A stretch of DNA of 64,000 nt from Acidobacteriota bacterium (GTDB lineage: Bacteria > Acidobacteriota > Thermoanaerobaculia > Multivoradales > J023). The position numbers and the translations under genes are program-made. The first letter of the stretch is position 1. Every line of letters starts with the position of its first letter. Positions 1 to 10,873 of the stretch are shown piece after piece. The stretch lies in the NCBI GenBank assembly GCA_029263315.1, contig JAJCXR010000048.1, forward strand, positions 265,768 to 329,767, in the 5' to 3' direction. The notes below the pieces were generated by a model that searched no databases, was not told the origin of the DNA, and saw only the letters and a program-made list of their open reading frames with translations.

Positions 1-435
1 CACCAAGGACGCACCTTGCATCCTCGGCAGAAAGACGCCGGTCTCGACGATCTGCTGTGGGAGGTGGCCGCCCGCGAGCAAGCCACTGAGCGGCACCACC
101 TGATCAGCCTGGGGGACCTGGAACACTATGTTCCCCTCTGGGTACGGCCGCCCTCCGTCGACGAACGGCGTCGCATGCCGGACTCGGTGCGCGCCTTCTA
201 TCGCCAGCTCGACGGCAAGACACCGCTGCACGCCCTGCTATCAGAGGACGAGTTGGAGTGGCACCGTCAGGTGGACTTGCTGATGTTGCAGATCGGCAAG
301 AAGACCTTGGCCCTGCTCCCGGCGCCCTTGGAGCAGCTGAAGGCGGAAGCGGCCCAACAGCGGCCGGGGGAGGGGGTTGCCCTCGGCGACCTGGGGAGCC
401 TGTTCAAAGGCCCAAATAAAGACCTGGCCGACTAG
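1..435 (+). CDS. hypothetical protein, 5' end outside window (frame stays open to nt 1)
   Basis: ORF 16..435 has no in-frame stop upstream to position 1; no recognisable motifs. Confidence 0.3.
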   Translation, partial: HQGRTLHPRQKDAGLDDLLWEVAAREQATERHHLISLGDLEHYVPLWVRPPSVDERRRMPDSVRAFYRQLDGKTPLHALLSEDELEWHRQVDLLMLQIGKKTLALLPAPLEQLKAEAAQQRPGEGVALGDLGSLFKGPNKDLAD

Positions 436-438
436 CAC

Positions 439-505
439 TAGCACCCGAACGCAGAGCACCCGTATTCAGAGCACTCGTATTCAGAGCACCCGTATTCAGA
501 GCAGC
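439..505. repeat. 15-bp tandem repeat (gagcacccgtattca) x ~4 directly after the stop of the upstream ORF
   Basis: read directly: gagcacccgtattca / gagcactcgtattca / gagcacccgtattca / degenerate copy. Confidence 0.85.
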
Positions 506-1515
506 CCCGTCGCCAGGTCCTCCGGCAGACGCCAGTCTTGCCTCCGGAGACGCCCGAAGTCGAAATCTTTTACCAAGTCTCCGGGCGCCTTCGCCCGGGG
601 CCGTTCCAACAACCCCAAGCTGTATGCCAAGTAGCCGACCAGGCGCTGAGGACCCACTCCGGCCTGGCGCAGGGCCTGCAAAGTCAAACCGCCGTCCCGC
701 TTGGACAGCTTCTCGCCGTCGCCGTTGAGCACCAACGGTAGGTGGGCATAGCGCGGCGCCGGGCCGCCCAGGGCTTCGATGAGCTGCAGCTGACGGGGGG
801 TGGAAGCGAGCAAATCGACGCCCCGCACCACCTCGCTGATGCCCATCGCCAAATCGTCGACCACCACCGCCAGCTGGTAGGCGTAGAGACCGTCACGGCG
901 CTTGAGGACGACATCCCCCACTTGCTGCGCCACATCCTGCTGGCAACGTCCGTAGACGGCGTCGTCGAAACTCACCTCACCCGCCGCCACTTGAAATCGC
1001 AGGGCGGCGTCCGGGGGCCGGGAGGCTGAGGGGTCGGAGAAGTTGCGGTACCAATCCGCCGACAAGCCCTGGGGCCGCCAAGCGGCGGGATAGGGCGTGC
1101 CGTCGGCGCTGAGACGGGTCACCCCCTCCACCTCGGTTGGCGGCAGATCGTGGGGCGCCGTCGACAATGTTTGTAGATCCTTACGGGAGCGGCGGCAGGG
1201 AAAGAGGCGTCCGGCGGCGGCGAGGCGTCCCAAGGCAGCTTCGTAGAACGGGCCCCGCTCCGACTGGCAATAGGGACCGTGGTCGCCACCGAGGTCAGGA
1301 CCTTCGTCCCAATCGAGGCCGAGCCAGGCGAGGTCTTCGAGGGCCGCCTCGGCGGTGCCAGGCACCGTGCGGGGTGGGTCCAGGTCCTCCAAACGCCACA
1401 CCAGAACCCCCCCTTGGGCGCGCACCGACAGCCAGGTGACGAGGGCCGTGCGGGCGCTGCCAACATGCAACAACCCGGACGGCGTGGGTGCCCAACGGCC
1501 CCGTACCCGGCTCAC
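496..1515 (-). CDS. gluQ: glutamyl-Q tRNA(Asp) synthetase (truncated GluRS paralog lacking anticodon-binding domain)
   Basis: ~339 aa; HIGH-like 'LLHVGSARTAL' and KMSKS-like 'KLSKR' class-I aaRS motifs; GluRS catalytic-domain length only; GTG start. Confidence 0.75.
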   Translation of the reverse strand: MSRVRGRWAPTPSGLLHVGSARTALVTWLSVRAQGGVLVWRLEDLDPPRTVPGTAEAALEDLAWLGLDWDEGPDLGGDHGPYCQSERGPFYEAALGRLAAAGRLFPCRRSRKDLQTLSTAPHDLPPTEVEGVTRLSADGTPYPAAWRPQGLSADWYRNFSDPSASRPPDAALRFQVAAGEVSFDDAVYGRCQQDVAQQVGDVVLKRRDGLYAYQLAVVVDDLAMGISEVVRGVDLLASTPRQLQLIEALGGPAPRYAHLPLVLNGDGEKLSKRDGGLTLQALRQAGVGPQRLVGYLAYSLGLLERPRAKAPGDLVKDFDFGRLRRQDWRLPEDLATGLL

Positions 1516-1562
1516 CTTGGGGGGCTCACGGTGTCAGCTTCACGGCGACCGCAGGGACCGAC

Positions 1563-3245
<1,683 letters not shown>

Positions 3246-3369
3246 CGAGAATCCTTCTCGTTTCTTCTGTGATTGGGTTGTGGAGTGGGCAGCGTCCGCC
3301 GCCGGTCTGATCATACCCGAGGCGGCAGCGAGCGAGAAGCGGACAGCGCAGGCCATCCCGGTCAGTCGT

Positions 3370-3909
3370 TCAGCGGCAGGTTTCGAGGCGGCGTTGGAGA
3401 AGCCACATGATCCCCCCGGTGACGATCAGCGGTGGACCTTCGAGCAGGGTCCAAAACCACGGAAGGCCGGCATGCAGGTCGATACCGATGACCAAGCAGC
3501 CAAAAAAGATGTTCATCAAGGCGATGTAGACGACCACCGGCTGGAAGCGGCGCACGTCCGTCGAGACGAGCAGCAACAGGCAACCATGGAAGCCGTAGAG
3601 AGCTGCCACCGAGCGGCTCAAGTACTCCACCAGAACGGTGTCCGGGAAGGGTCCCAGACCCAACCAGCGGTGGGACCAAGCCATCCAGCCAGTGGGCAGG
3701 AAGATGCAGGGGAAGGCGCAGAGCAGGACGACGCCCGCAAAACGCAACAGGAAGACGAGCCACTTCTCTGCGATACCAGAAGCTGCGATACCAGAAGGCG
3801 CCGCAATACCAAAAGCCACCGCTGAAGCCTCCCTAGGAAGCTCAGTGCGGTGGCCAGGACGCAACTCCGGTGAGGTCTCAGTCACGCAAGCAAACGGGTT
3901 CCGGACCAC
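3370..3909 (-). CDS. hypothetical membrane protein (about 4 TM helices); start uncertain
   Basis: hydrophobic helices [43 protein letters not shown]...; sits directly upstream of ettA on the same strand. Confidence 0.35.
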   Translation of the reverse strand: MVRNPFACVTETSPELRPGHRTELPREASAVAFGIAAPSGIAASGIAEKWLVFLLRFAGVVLLCAFPCIFLPTGWMAWSHRWLGLGPFPDTVLVEYLSRSVAALYGFHGCLLLLVSTDVRRFQPVVVYIALMNIFFGCLVIGIDLHAGLPWFWTLLEGPPLIVTGGIMWLLQRRLETCR

Positions 3910-4060
3910 CCTCGGCGTAATCCGCCAGCAGGGTCAGCTGGGGAGCAGCATAGCTCTTGCGGGGAAGCGGTTGCACCAACTCGGAAACCATCGGCTCCAC
4001 GGACCGGCGGCGGGAGCGGTTCTCGGTCAGGATGGCGATCTCGTTCTGCGTCACGTTCAT
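3878..4060 (-). CDS. small ORF (60 aa), divergent from the halogenase-fusion gene; candidate small protein/peptide
   Basis: ATG at 4060 with gaggaa SD-like 7-8 nt upstream; no homology recognised. Confidence 0.2.
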   Translation of the reverse strand: MNVTQNEIAILTENRSRRRSVEPMVSELVQPLPRKSYAAPQLTLLADYAEGGPEPVCLRD

Positions 4061-4275
4061 TGGGATTCCTCGTGGCCCCTCAGGGCGATAGCTCAGGCCG
4101 GTTACACCGATATTGCTTTTGCAAGCAAGAAATCTGCCACTCGACGACCACGCACGGCGAGAACGATAAACGCTGAAAACATTAGAGTTAGCACAACCGT
4201 GACTGATAGATCGCTATCCAGCTTGACCGGACCGCAACTCGGGAGGGGGGAATCTTCCCTACCTCGACGGGAGAA

Positions 4276-7023
4276 TTGCCCGATGACTCACAGCTTTGGG
4301 ACGTAGCGACGGCGGTGAGGACGAGAGTGAGCACGGGGGTGAGTCGGAAGCGACGCTGGCGGGCCCCTGGGCTGCTAACATCCGCCCCCATGAATTTGCC
4401 CCCTGACCCGCTGCACGAGCGGATCTTCTGGCAGCGACTCGAGACTGCCCAGTGGACCGCCTGGTATAGCGACCGCACCGACCGCGACGACACCGAGGGC
4501 GAAGCCGATGCCGTGCTGTTGCGTCAGGTGGAAGGTCTGGAAGTTCTTAGCGACATCGATGTGCCGTTGCTGCGCCGGGTCCTCGACTGCTTGACGACGG
4601 ACCATGTTGAGCCCGCGGTGCGCAGTGGCGCCGACCTCCGTCGCCTCTTGACACCGCAGGTCGACGCCGACGCCCTGCGCCGCCTGTTGCAGCGGCTGGC
4701 CGGCAAGCTCCTGCGCTTCACCGCGGCACCTCCGACGGGTCGTCGAGCCGACGTCCCGGAAGCTCGCCCCTCCACACCCCCCTCTCCTCGGCTCCACTCC
4801 CCGACCACCGGCACCCTGACCATCCAACTCCTGGGCCAGGGTCCCTTCACCGCGGCCCTGGCCAAGGCCCTGACCCGACAACCTTTTGTTGCCGCCTTGC
4901 GCCAGACGGCGTTGGACGATGACTTGGTCGAGGTCGAGGAAGGGTCCGACGAAGGGTCTGTGGCAGTGGTGATCGGCGAGGACTGTAGCTATGCCGCTGT
5001 CCGCCGCTGCCAAGAGCTTTGCCTCGAGGCTGGGCGCAGCAGTCTCTACTTCGGGCTCGATATCGACGGGGTCCGCCTCGGCCCGTTGAATCTGCCCGGT
5101 TTGTCCCCCTGTTGGGGTTGCGCCCAGATTTCCCTGCTGGCCGCTGTCGGCGGTGATGCCCCAACGCTTTGCGACGCCGCCAACAATTTCTTTTACCTGG
5201 GTGCGTATGAGCTACCCGCACCGCGCCTCGACCTCGCCGCCCGCCATTTGATCGCCGCCCTGGAACGTCTGGCCGACCCCACCCGGCGCCCCTCTCTGCT
5301 CGGCCGTCTGCACCATTTCAGCCTCTCCGGCCGGGATTTCGAACCGGCGGTCGAGCACTCTCCGGATTGCCCCCTCTGCCGTCTCGTGGAGCCACCCGAG
5401 ACCCATGGCCATGCCCAGCCCGCCTCGGCGAGCTCTGCCCTGGTGCAGCGCGTCGAGGAGAGCCCTACCCTGGTCTGCTCTGAAGCAGCGGAGGTCCAGC
5501 GGGTGGCGGTCCTCGGCGGCGGTACGGCCGGCTATCTCTGTGCCTTGGCCCTGCGCCGCTATCTACCGCACTTAAAAATCGCCCTCATCGCCTCCAGTCG
5601 TCACCCGGTGATCGGTGTCGGCGAAGCGACGACGCCCCTGATGCCGCAGTTTCTGCACGCCGACTTGGAGTTGGATGTCGACGACTTTTTCGCCACCGTG
5701 CAACCGACCCTCAAGCTCGGCATCGATTTCCATTGGGGGCCACAACCCGAACACTGCTTCTCCTATCCCTTTGGCCCCCTGCGTCCCCTCGAATCCTTGA
5801 CCTACGACGGTCACCTGCGCCACGCCAGTTGGCGCAGCATGGCCATGGCTGCGGGCAAGATCAGTCTGCTCGCCGACGGCCCCAGGCTGCCGGACCTCGG
5901 AAGCGAGGTGGCCTATCACTTGGACAATCGGCGCCTGGTCGATTTCCTCGAAGGCCAAGCCCGAAAACGCGGGGTGCAGGTGATCGACGCTGAGATCGTC
6001 GACGCCGAGCTCGGGGACGCCGGCCGTTATGTCGACACCTTGCGCAGCCGCGACGGCCGTGCCTTGAAGCACGACCTCTACCTCGACTGTAGTGGTTTCC
6101 AGGGGGTGCTGATCAACCGCACGTTGAGGTCTCCCTGGGTCAGCTTCGGCAACAGCTTGCTGACCGATCGCGCCTGGGTCACCCAACGACCCCACGACGG
6201 CACCGAGGTGCCCCCCTTCACCCGCGCCACCGCCATGTCCCATGGCTGGTGCTGGAATACCCCGCAGCGGCATGCCGATCACCTGGGTTATGTCTTCGCC
6301 TCCGCCTTCGTTGAGCCACAGGAAGCCGCCGACGAGCTGCTGCGGCTGGTTCCGGAAGCCACGACGCCCCGCCTTGTCAGCTTCACCAGCGGCCGACGCC
6401 AACACATGCGCCAGGGCAACGTCGTCGCCTTGGGCAATGCCTATGGTTTTGTCGAGCCGCTCGAATCCACGGCCCTCCACATGCTGCTGCGCCAGCTCGG
6501 TTGGTTGATCGAGGGCTTCCCACGCCGGCGGATCGAAGCGGCGTCACAAGCCGCCCTCAATCGACGCAGCGCCGAGGCTTGGGATTACGTGCATTGGTTC
6601 CTGGCCTTGCATTTCCGCTTCCAAACCCACTACCCCACGCCCTTCTGGCAGGCCTGTCGCGAGACCGCAGACATTTCCCTGCACCACGAGCTCGTCGAGC
6701 ATTTCCAGGCCCATGGCCCCCTCGCCTACGATCAACAGCTCCACCGCACGGCACCAGCCGCCGATCCCCTGTGGGGTCTTGCGGGCATCGACCAAATTCT
6801 GCTCGGCCAAGGCTTGCCTTGCCCCCTCCCCAAGCCGCGCATGGGTCAAAGGTCATGGCGTCGCTACATGGCGGCCCGCCAACGACTGTTGCTGCATTCA
6901 TCGGAGCACGCCGAGGCATTGGATCGCCTGGCCGCCAGTCCCGAGCTGCGCCGAGCCCTGGCAGGCTCCTTCGTCGATCGCGGACCGGCCATGGGACCCA
7001 GACGAAGCTCGGGTAGGTTTTGA
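4276..7023 (+). CDS. two-domain protein: N-terminal E1/ThiF-like domain with two CxxC motifs fused to a C-terminal flavin-dependent tryptophan-halogenase-family domain
   Basis: C-terminal half: GGGTAGYLCALAL (GxGxxG), IGVGEATTP (PrnA 'IGVGEATIP'), TLKLGIDFHW (catalytic Lys region), GWCWNTP (WxWxIP), GFVEPLESTAL (halogenase 'GFxEPLESTG'). N-terminal half: LLGQGPFTAALAKAL Rossmann-like, CWGC ... CPLC ~90 aa apart; start codon uncertain (TTG 4276 / ATG 4390). Confidence 0.75.
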   Translation: MPDDSQLWDVATAVRTRVSTGVSRKRRWRAPGLLTSAPMNLPPDPLHERIFWQRLETAQWTAWYSDRTDRDDTEGEADAVLLRQVEGLEVLSDIDVPLLRRVLDCLTTDHVEPAVRSGADLRRLLTPQVDADALRRLLQRLAGKLLRFTAAPPTGRRADVPEARPSTPPSPRLHSPTTGTLTIQLLGQGPFTAALAKALTRQPFVAALRQTALDDDLVEVEEGSDEGSVAVVIGEDCSYAAVRRCQELCLEAGRSSLYFGLDIDGVRLGPLNLPGLSPCWGCAQISLLAAVGGDAPTLCDAANNFFYLGAYELPAPRLDLAARHLIAALERLADPTRRPSLLGRLHHFSLSGRDFEPAVEHSPDCPLCRLVEPPETHGHAQPASASSALVQRVEESPTLVCSEAAEVQRVAVLGGGTAGYLCALALRRYLPHLKIALIASSRHPVIGVGEATTPLMPQFLHADLELDVDDFFATVQPTLKLGIDFHWGPQPEHCFSYPFGPLRPLESLTYDGHLRHASWRSMAMAAGKISLLADGPRLPDLGSEVAYHLDNRRLVDFLEGQARKRGVQVIDAEIVDAELGDAGRYVDTLRSRDGRALKHDLYLDCSGFQGVLINRTLRSPWVSFGNSLLTDRAWVTQRPHDGTEVPPFTRATAMSHGWCWNTPQRHADHLGYVFASAFVEPQEAADELLRLVPEATTPRLVSFTSGRRQHMRQGNVVALGNAYGFVEPLESTALHMLLRQLGWLIEGFPRRRIEAASQAALNRRSAEAWDYVHWFLALHFRFQTHYPTPFWQACRETADISLHHELVEHFQAHGPLAYDQQLHRTAPAADPLWGLAGIDQILLGQGLPCPLPKPRMGQRSWRRYMAARQRLLLHSSEHAEALDRLAASPELRRALAGSFVDRGPAMGPRRSSGRF

Positions 7024-7219
7024 ATAAGCCGAGCCAGTCCGAATATCCCCAGCCCGTGCAACGTATCCAGCAATTGACCCCACCCGGGGCCGTTGCTAAG
7101 CTGGAGCAAGACTTTGCATCCGCAGCTCAACGAGCTCCCCGAACCGAATTCGAATCTGCTGGCGAGTCGGCGCGGAGCCCCTTGAACCCCTCCGCCCTCC
7201 TCGCCCGAAAGGAGCCTCC

Positions 7220-7996
7220 ATGTTTCGGCGTCTGGCCAATTTGTTCCGTGGCTTCATGAGCCTTTTTGTTTCTGGCATCGAAAAGGCCAATCCGCGAGCC
7301 CTCATTGAGGCCGAGAAAGAGAATCTGCGCCATCAGATAGGACGCTTCAATGAAAGTCTCGCCAACCACGCCGCGTTTGTCGAGCGGCTGATGCGGCAGA
7401 CCAAGACCCAAGAAAAGCAAGAAAGCGAGCTGGCCGCCAAGACCGCCGCCCACTTGAAGCTCGGACACCGTCAAGTGGCCGGCCAGTATGCCCTGCAGCT
7501 CAAGAACCTGCGCGAGCAACTGGAAGAGAACCGGAGCCAGCTAGAGGCCGCTGAGGTGACCTATAAAAAGCTGGTCAAGGCCCGCGATGTCTCGGTGCGT
7601 GAGGCGCAGCAGAAAATCGATGCCCTCAAGCGCATGATTTCCGAAGCGGAGATGCTCGAAGCCCAAGCCGAGCTGCAGGAGATGGCCCAAGGCATGATCA
7701 CCTCCATCGGCGGCTCCGGCGATACCCTGGCACGGGTCGAGGAATACCTCACCGAGCGCCGCGATCATGCGGCCGGACGCGCCCGCGTCGCCGCCGGCGC
7801 CGTCGATACCAACCAAGTGGACCTCATGGAAGCCGAGCAGGAAGCCTTGGGCGACCAAGCCTTGGCCGAGTTCGCATCCGCCTATGGCCTCGACATGCCG
7901 GCACCGGAGGTCACCGCCGACGCCAGCTCCGATGTCGCAGCGGCGCCACCGGTGGCGGCACCGATCAAGGACATGGGGCCGAGCGGCAACGCTTAA
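7220..7996 (+). CDS. pspA: PspA/IM30/Vipp1 family protein (phage-shock protein A-like)
   Basis: ~258 aa all-alpha coiled coil; N-terminus MFRRLANLFRGFMSLFVSGIEKANPRALIE... typical of PspA; aaaggag SD before ATG 7220. Confidence 0.85.
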   Translation: MFRRLANLFRGFMSLFVSGIEKANPRALIEAEKENLRHQIGRFNESLANHAAFVERLMRQTKTQEKQESELAAKTAAHLKLGHRQVAGQYALQLKNLREQLEENRSQLEAAEVTYKKLVKARDVSVREAQQKIDALKRMISEAEMLEAQAELQEMAQGMITSIGGSGDTLARVEEYLTERRDHAAGRARVAAGAVDTNQVDLMEAEQEALGDQALAEFASAYGLDMPAPEVTADASSDVAAAPPVAAPIKDMGPSGNA

Positions 7997-8083
7997 CCGG
8001 CATTTGGTCCACTGATTCCCTATTGAATCCCTTTAGACTCGATCCCAGACGGGAGCCCATCCCAAGCCCCACGGAGGAGCACC

Positions 8084-9811
8084 ATGGCCGATAGCGTTGG
8101 ACCCACGAAACTCGGAAAGCTCGTCATGTTCCTATTCATCATCGCCCTGTTGGCGGTGGGTGGATATTTCTTCAAAGATCTCTTGGCACCGACCGGCAAA
8201 AAGGCCGGCGATGTGGACCTCGACGCCTTTCGCGACCAGGCCAAACTCGAGGCCCCGGACACCCAAGGAGTCACCACGGTCAACGAATACTCCTACGTCG
8301 CCAGTGAAAGGCTCCCGGCGGTACAGGGGGTCAGCAACTATCAATGGGACGCCGATGACCCGGTGGTCGAATTTCCCATCAACGTGTGGATCGGCTGGCT
8401 GCCCATCGTCGCCGCCAACAATGGCTTCAGCCCCAATGAGGACTCGATCTTCTTCAAAGAATATGGCTTCAAGGTCAATCTCAAGCTGATCGACGATCCG
8501 GTGGTGGCCCGCGACGCCTTCGCCGCCGGTGAGAGCCACATCCTGTGGGGCACCTTGGACATGATGGTGCTCTTCGCCCCCGAGCTGATGAAAGACTCCC
8601 GCACCGCGCCGCGCATTCTGCAGCAGGTCGATTGGTCCAACGGCGGCGACGGCATCGTGGTGCGCGGTGATATCTCTTCGGCGCAGGACCTGCGGGGCAA
8701 GACGGTGGTCTACGCTCAGAACAGCCCCTCCCAGTACTTCTTGAACAACCTGTTGCTCAATGCCGGCGTGCAACCCGGCGAGGTCAATCACAAATACACC
8801 GCCAGCGCCTTCGAGGCGGCGGCGGCCTTTGTCTCCGACAAATCGATCGACGCCTGCGTCTCCTGGGCACCGGACATCTACAACATTCCCGACCGGGTGC
8901 CGGGCACCAAGATCCTCACCACCACCGTCGAAGCCAACAAGCTGATCGCCGATGTGTGGGCCGCCCGGGCCGACTTCGCCAAGGACCACCCCGACATCAT
9001 CAAGGGTTTGGTGGCGGGCATCTTCAAGGGCATGGAAGAGCTGGACGACCCCACCTTCAAAGCCCAGGCCTTCCAGTGGATGGCCGACGGCTACGGTTTT
9101 GCCGTCGACGAGGTGCAGGCCATGGAAGCGGACGCCCACTCCACCAACTTCGCCGAGAACAAGGGTTTCTTTCTCAATCAGAACAATCCTGCCAACTTCG
9201 AGCGCACCTGGAAGAACATCACCTTCGTCTACCGCGAGTTGGGAATTCTGGGGACGCCGGTGCGTTTCGACGAGGTCATGGACTTCTCGGCCATCAAGGC
9301 CCTGGATGCCGAAGGTTCCTTCGCTTCCCAGAAGGATGAGTACCAGACCAGCTTCGTGCCCACCTCCTACCGCAAGGTCCAGGCCGAGGCGCCGATTCTC
9401 ACCCAGACCATCCGTATCAATTTCTATCCCAACTCGTCGGACATCTACGAGCCGGAGCACGACGCTTCCGGCCGCGGTATCGCCGACACCCTCTATGACC
9501 CGTCCGTCAAGGCGACCATCGAAAGGGTGGGCCGCTTGGCCGGCCAATACGAGCGCGCCACCATCGCCGTCGTCGGCCACACCGACGCTTCGATGAAGGG
9601 CAGCGGCGTACGCTTTGAAGACGTGCAACAGCTCTCCCTCGAACGGGCCCAGTCGGTGCTGGACGCCCTGGTCAAGGAGTTCCAGTTCGACCCCAACAAG
9701 TTTGTCGTCGAGGGCGAGGGATGGAATGTACCGGCGGACCCGGAAGACGCCGGCAATCACGCCCTGAACCGGCGGGTGGAGATCTCCGTGTACCCACCGG
9801 AAGCCCAGTAG
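8084..9811 (+). CDS. membrane-anchored NMT1/SsuA-family ABC substrate-binding protein fused to C-terminal OmpA-like peptidoglycan-binding domain
   Basis: N-terminal TM (LVMFLFIIALLAVGGYFF), SsuA/TauA-like periplasmic fold, C-terminus 'IAVVGHTDASMKG...LSLERAQSVLDAL...NRRVEISVY' = OmpA_C consensus; ggagga SD. Confidence 0.75.
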   Translation: MADSVGPTKLGKLVMFLFIIALLAVGGYFFKDLLAPTGKKAGDVDLDAFRDQAKLEAPDTQGVTTVNEYSYVASERLPAVQGVSNYQWDADDPVVEFPINVWIGWLPIVAANNGFSPNEDSIFFKEYGFKVNLKLIDDPVVARDAFAAGESHILWGTLDMMVLFAPELMKDSRTAPRILQQVDWSNGGDGIVVRGDISSAQDLRGKTVVYAQNSPSQYFLNNLLLNAGVQPGEVNHKYTASAFEAAAAFVSDKSIDACVSWAPDIYNIPDRVPGTKILTTTVEANKLIADVWAARADFAKDHPDIIKGLVAGIFKGMEELDDPTFKAQAFQWMADGYGFAVDEVQAMEADAHSTNFAENKGFFLNQNNPANFERTWKNITFVYRELGILGTPVRFDEVMDFSAIKALDAEGSFASQKDEYQTSFVPTSYRKVQAEAPILTQTIRINFYPNSSDIYEPEHDASGRGIADTLYDPSVKATIERVGRLAGQYERATIAVVGHTDASMKGSGVRFEDVQQLSLERAQSVLDALVKEFQFDPNKFVVEGEGWNVPADPEDAGNHALNRRVEISVYPPEAQ

Positions 9812-9823
9812 GGACACCCGACG

Positions 9824-10873
9824 GTGAGCGAAGAACAGGGCAAGAAGAATCTCCATCGTGATCAGCGGGTCACGACGGACGATACGCTGGCCAACCCCGA
9901 AACGGGTGAAGGGCCGGTCACCGTCGTCGATGTGCCGTCGTCGGTCGAGGCTGTGGCACCGACAGGGGGCGCCACGCCAGTAGACGGCATGACGTCCCCC
10001 GGAGACCTGGCAGCGGCCGAGACGGCGTCGAAGGTCGCCGCTGTCGGGTCTGCCAGCGCCTCCGGCCGCGGCACGTGGTTGGAGATCCGGGGCACGCTTC
10101 CCCTGTGGCAAGTGTGGCTCCTGGGCATCGTGCCCATCGCCATGTTGCTGGGAGTCTGGTGGTTTATGACCCAGGGCCCGACGGTGGAAGAGCGCCTCCT
10201 GTCGCCGACCATTCTGCCGAGCCCCGGAGAGGTGGTGCGATCGTTCCCCAATCTGTGGTTCGATCGCGCCTTGACCCGCAACACCATGGTGTCCCTGCTG
10301 CGGGTGGTCGAGGGTTTCGCCGTGGCGGTGCTGATCGCTTTCCCCCTCGGCTTGCTGATGGGCTCCTTCTCCCGCGTCAAGGCCATGTTCCAGCCCCTGT
10401 CGGTGCTCGGCGCCTACTTGCCGATCCCGGCCCTGGTGCCCCTCACCTTGAGCTTGCTGGGGACCGGCGAGAAACAGAAGATCGGCTTCCTGGCCTTGGC
10501 CTTTGTCATTTACCTGCTGCCGCTGATCGTCGCCGCCGTCGATCAGGTGGATTCCATCTACTTGAAAACCGCTTACACCCTGGGGGCCAACAAGTGGCAG
10601 AGCGTCAGCAAGGTACTCTTGGGGGTGGCCTGGCCGGACATCTTCCAGGCCCTGCGTTTCGGCTTCGGCATCGGTTGGAGCTATATCCTGTTGGCTGAGA
10701 TGGTCGATATCGGCCGCGGCGTCGGCGGCTTGATCATCACCTCCCAGCGCCGTGGCCCACGGGAGCACATCTACCTGGTGCTGCTGGTCATCGTCGCCCT
10801 GGCCTTTGTCACCGACAAGCTATGGGCCACCCTCGGCCACTACCTCTTCCCCTATCGGAGGAAAGGAAGATGA
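9824..10873 (+). CDS. ABC transporter permease (SsuC/TauC-like, BPD_transp_1) with ~100 aa N-terminal extension
   Basis: 6 TM helices; conserved 'LLAEMVDIGRGVGGLIITSQRRG' permease motif region; GTG start. Confidence 0.8.
   Translation: MSEEQGKKNLHRDQRVTTDDTLANPETGEGPVTVVDVPSSVEAVAPTGGATPVDGMTSPGDLAAAETASKVAAVGSASASGRGTWLEIRGTLPLWQVWLLGIVPIAMLLGVWWFMTQGPTVEERLLSPTILPSPGEVVRSFPNLWFDRALTRNTMVSLLRVVEGFAVAVLIAFPLGLLMGSFSRVKAMFQPLSVLGAYLPIPALVPLTLSLLGTGEKQKIGFLALAFVIYLLPLIVAAVDQVDSIYLKTAYTLGANKWQSVSKVLLGVAWPDIFQALRFGFGIGWSYILLAEMVDIGRGVGGLIITSQRRGPREHIYLVLLVIVALAFVTDKLWATLGHYLFPYRRKGR

Noticed and set aside
4375-6480. ORFs 4375..5013(-), 4847..5221(-), 5572..6480(-) antisense to the halogenase-fusion gene
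   Set aside because: Overlap a CDS with strong family signatures; translations are Arg/Gly-rich and featureless.
7097-7120. sigma54-like -24/-12 element (ctggagcaagactttgcatc) ~100 bp upstream of pspA
   Set aside because: GG..GC spacing is one nucleotide longer than the strict TGGCAC-N5-TTGC consensus and -24 is TGGAGC. No PspF-type activator gene is present. Not convincing without experimental TSS data.
8132-10768. 878-aa ORF on the minus strand spanning the ABC transporter genes
   Set aside because: Antisense to three well-supported genes with clear motifs; translation is low-complexity (G/D/H/Q/R-rich) with no motifs. Long antisense open frames are expected at ~68% GC.
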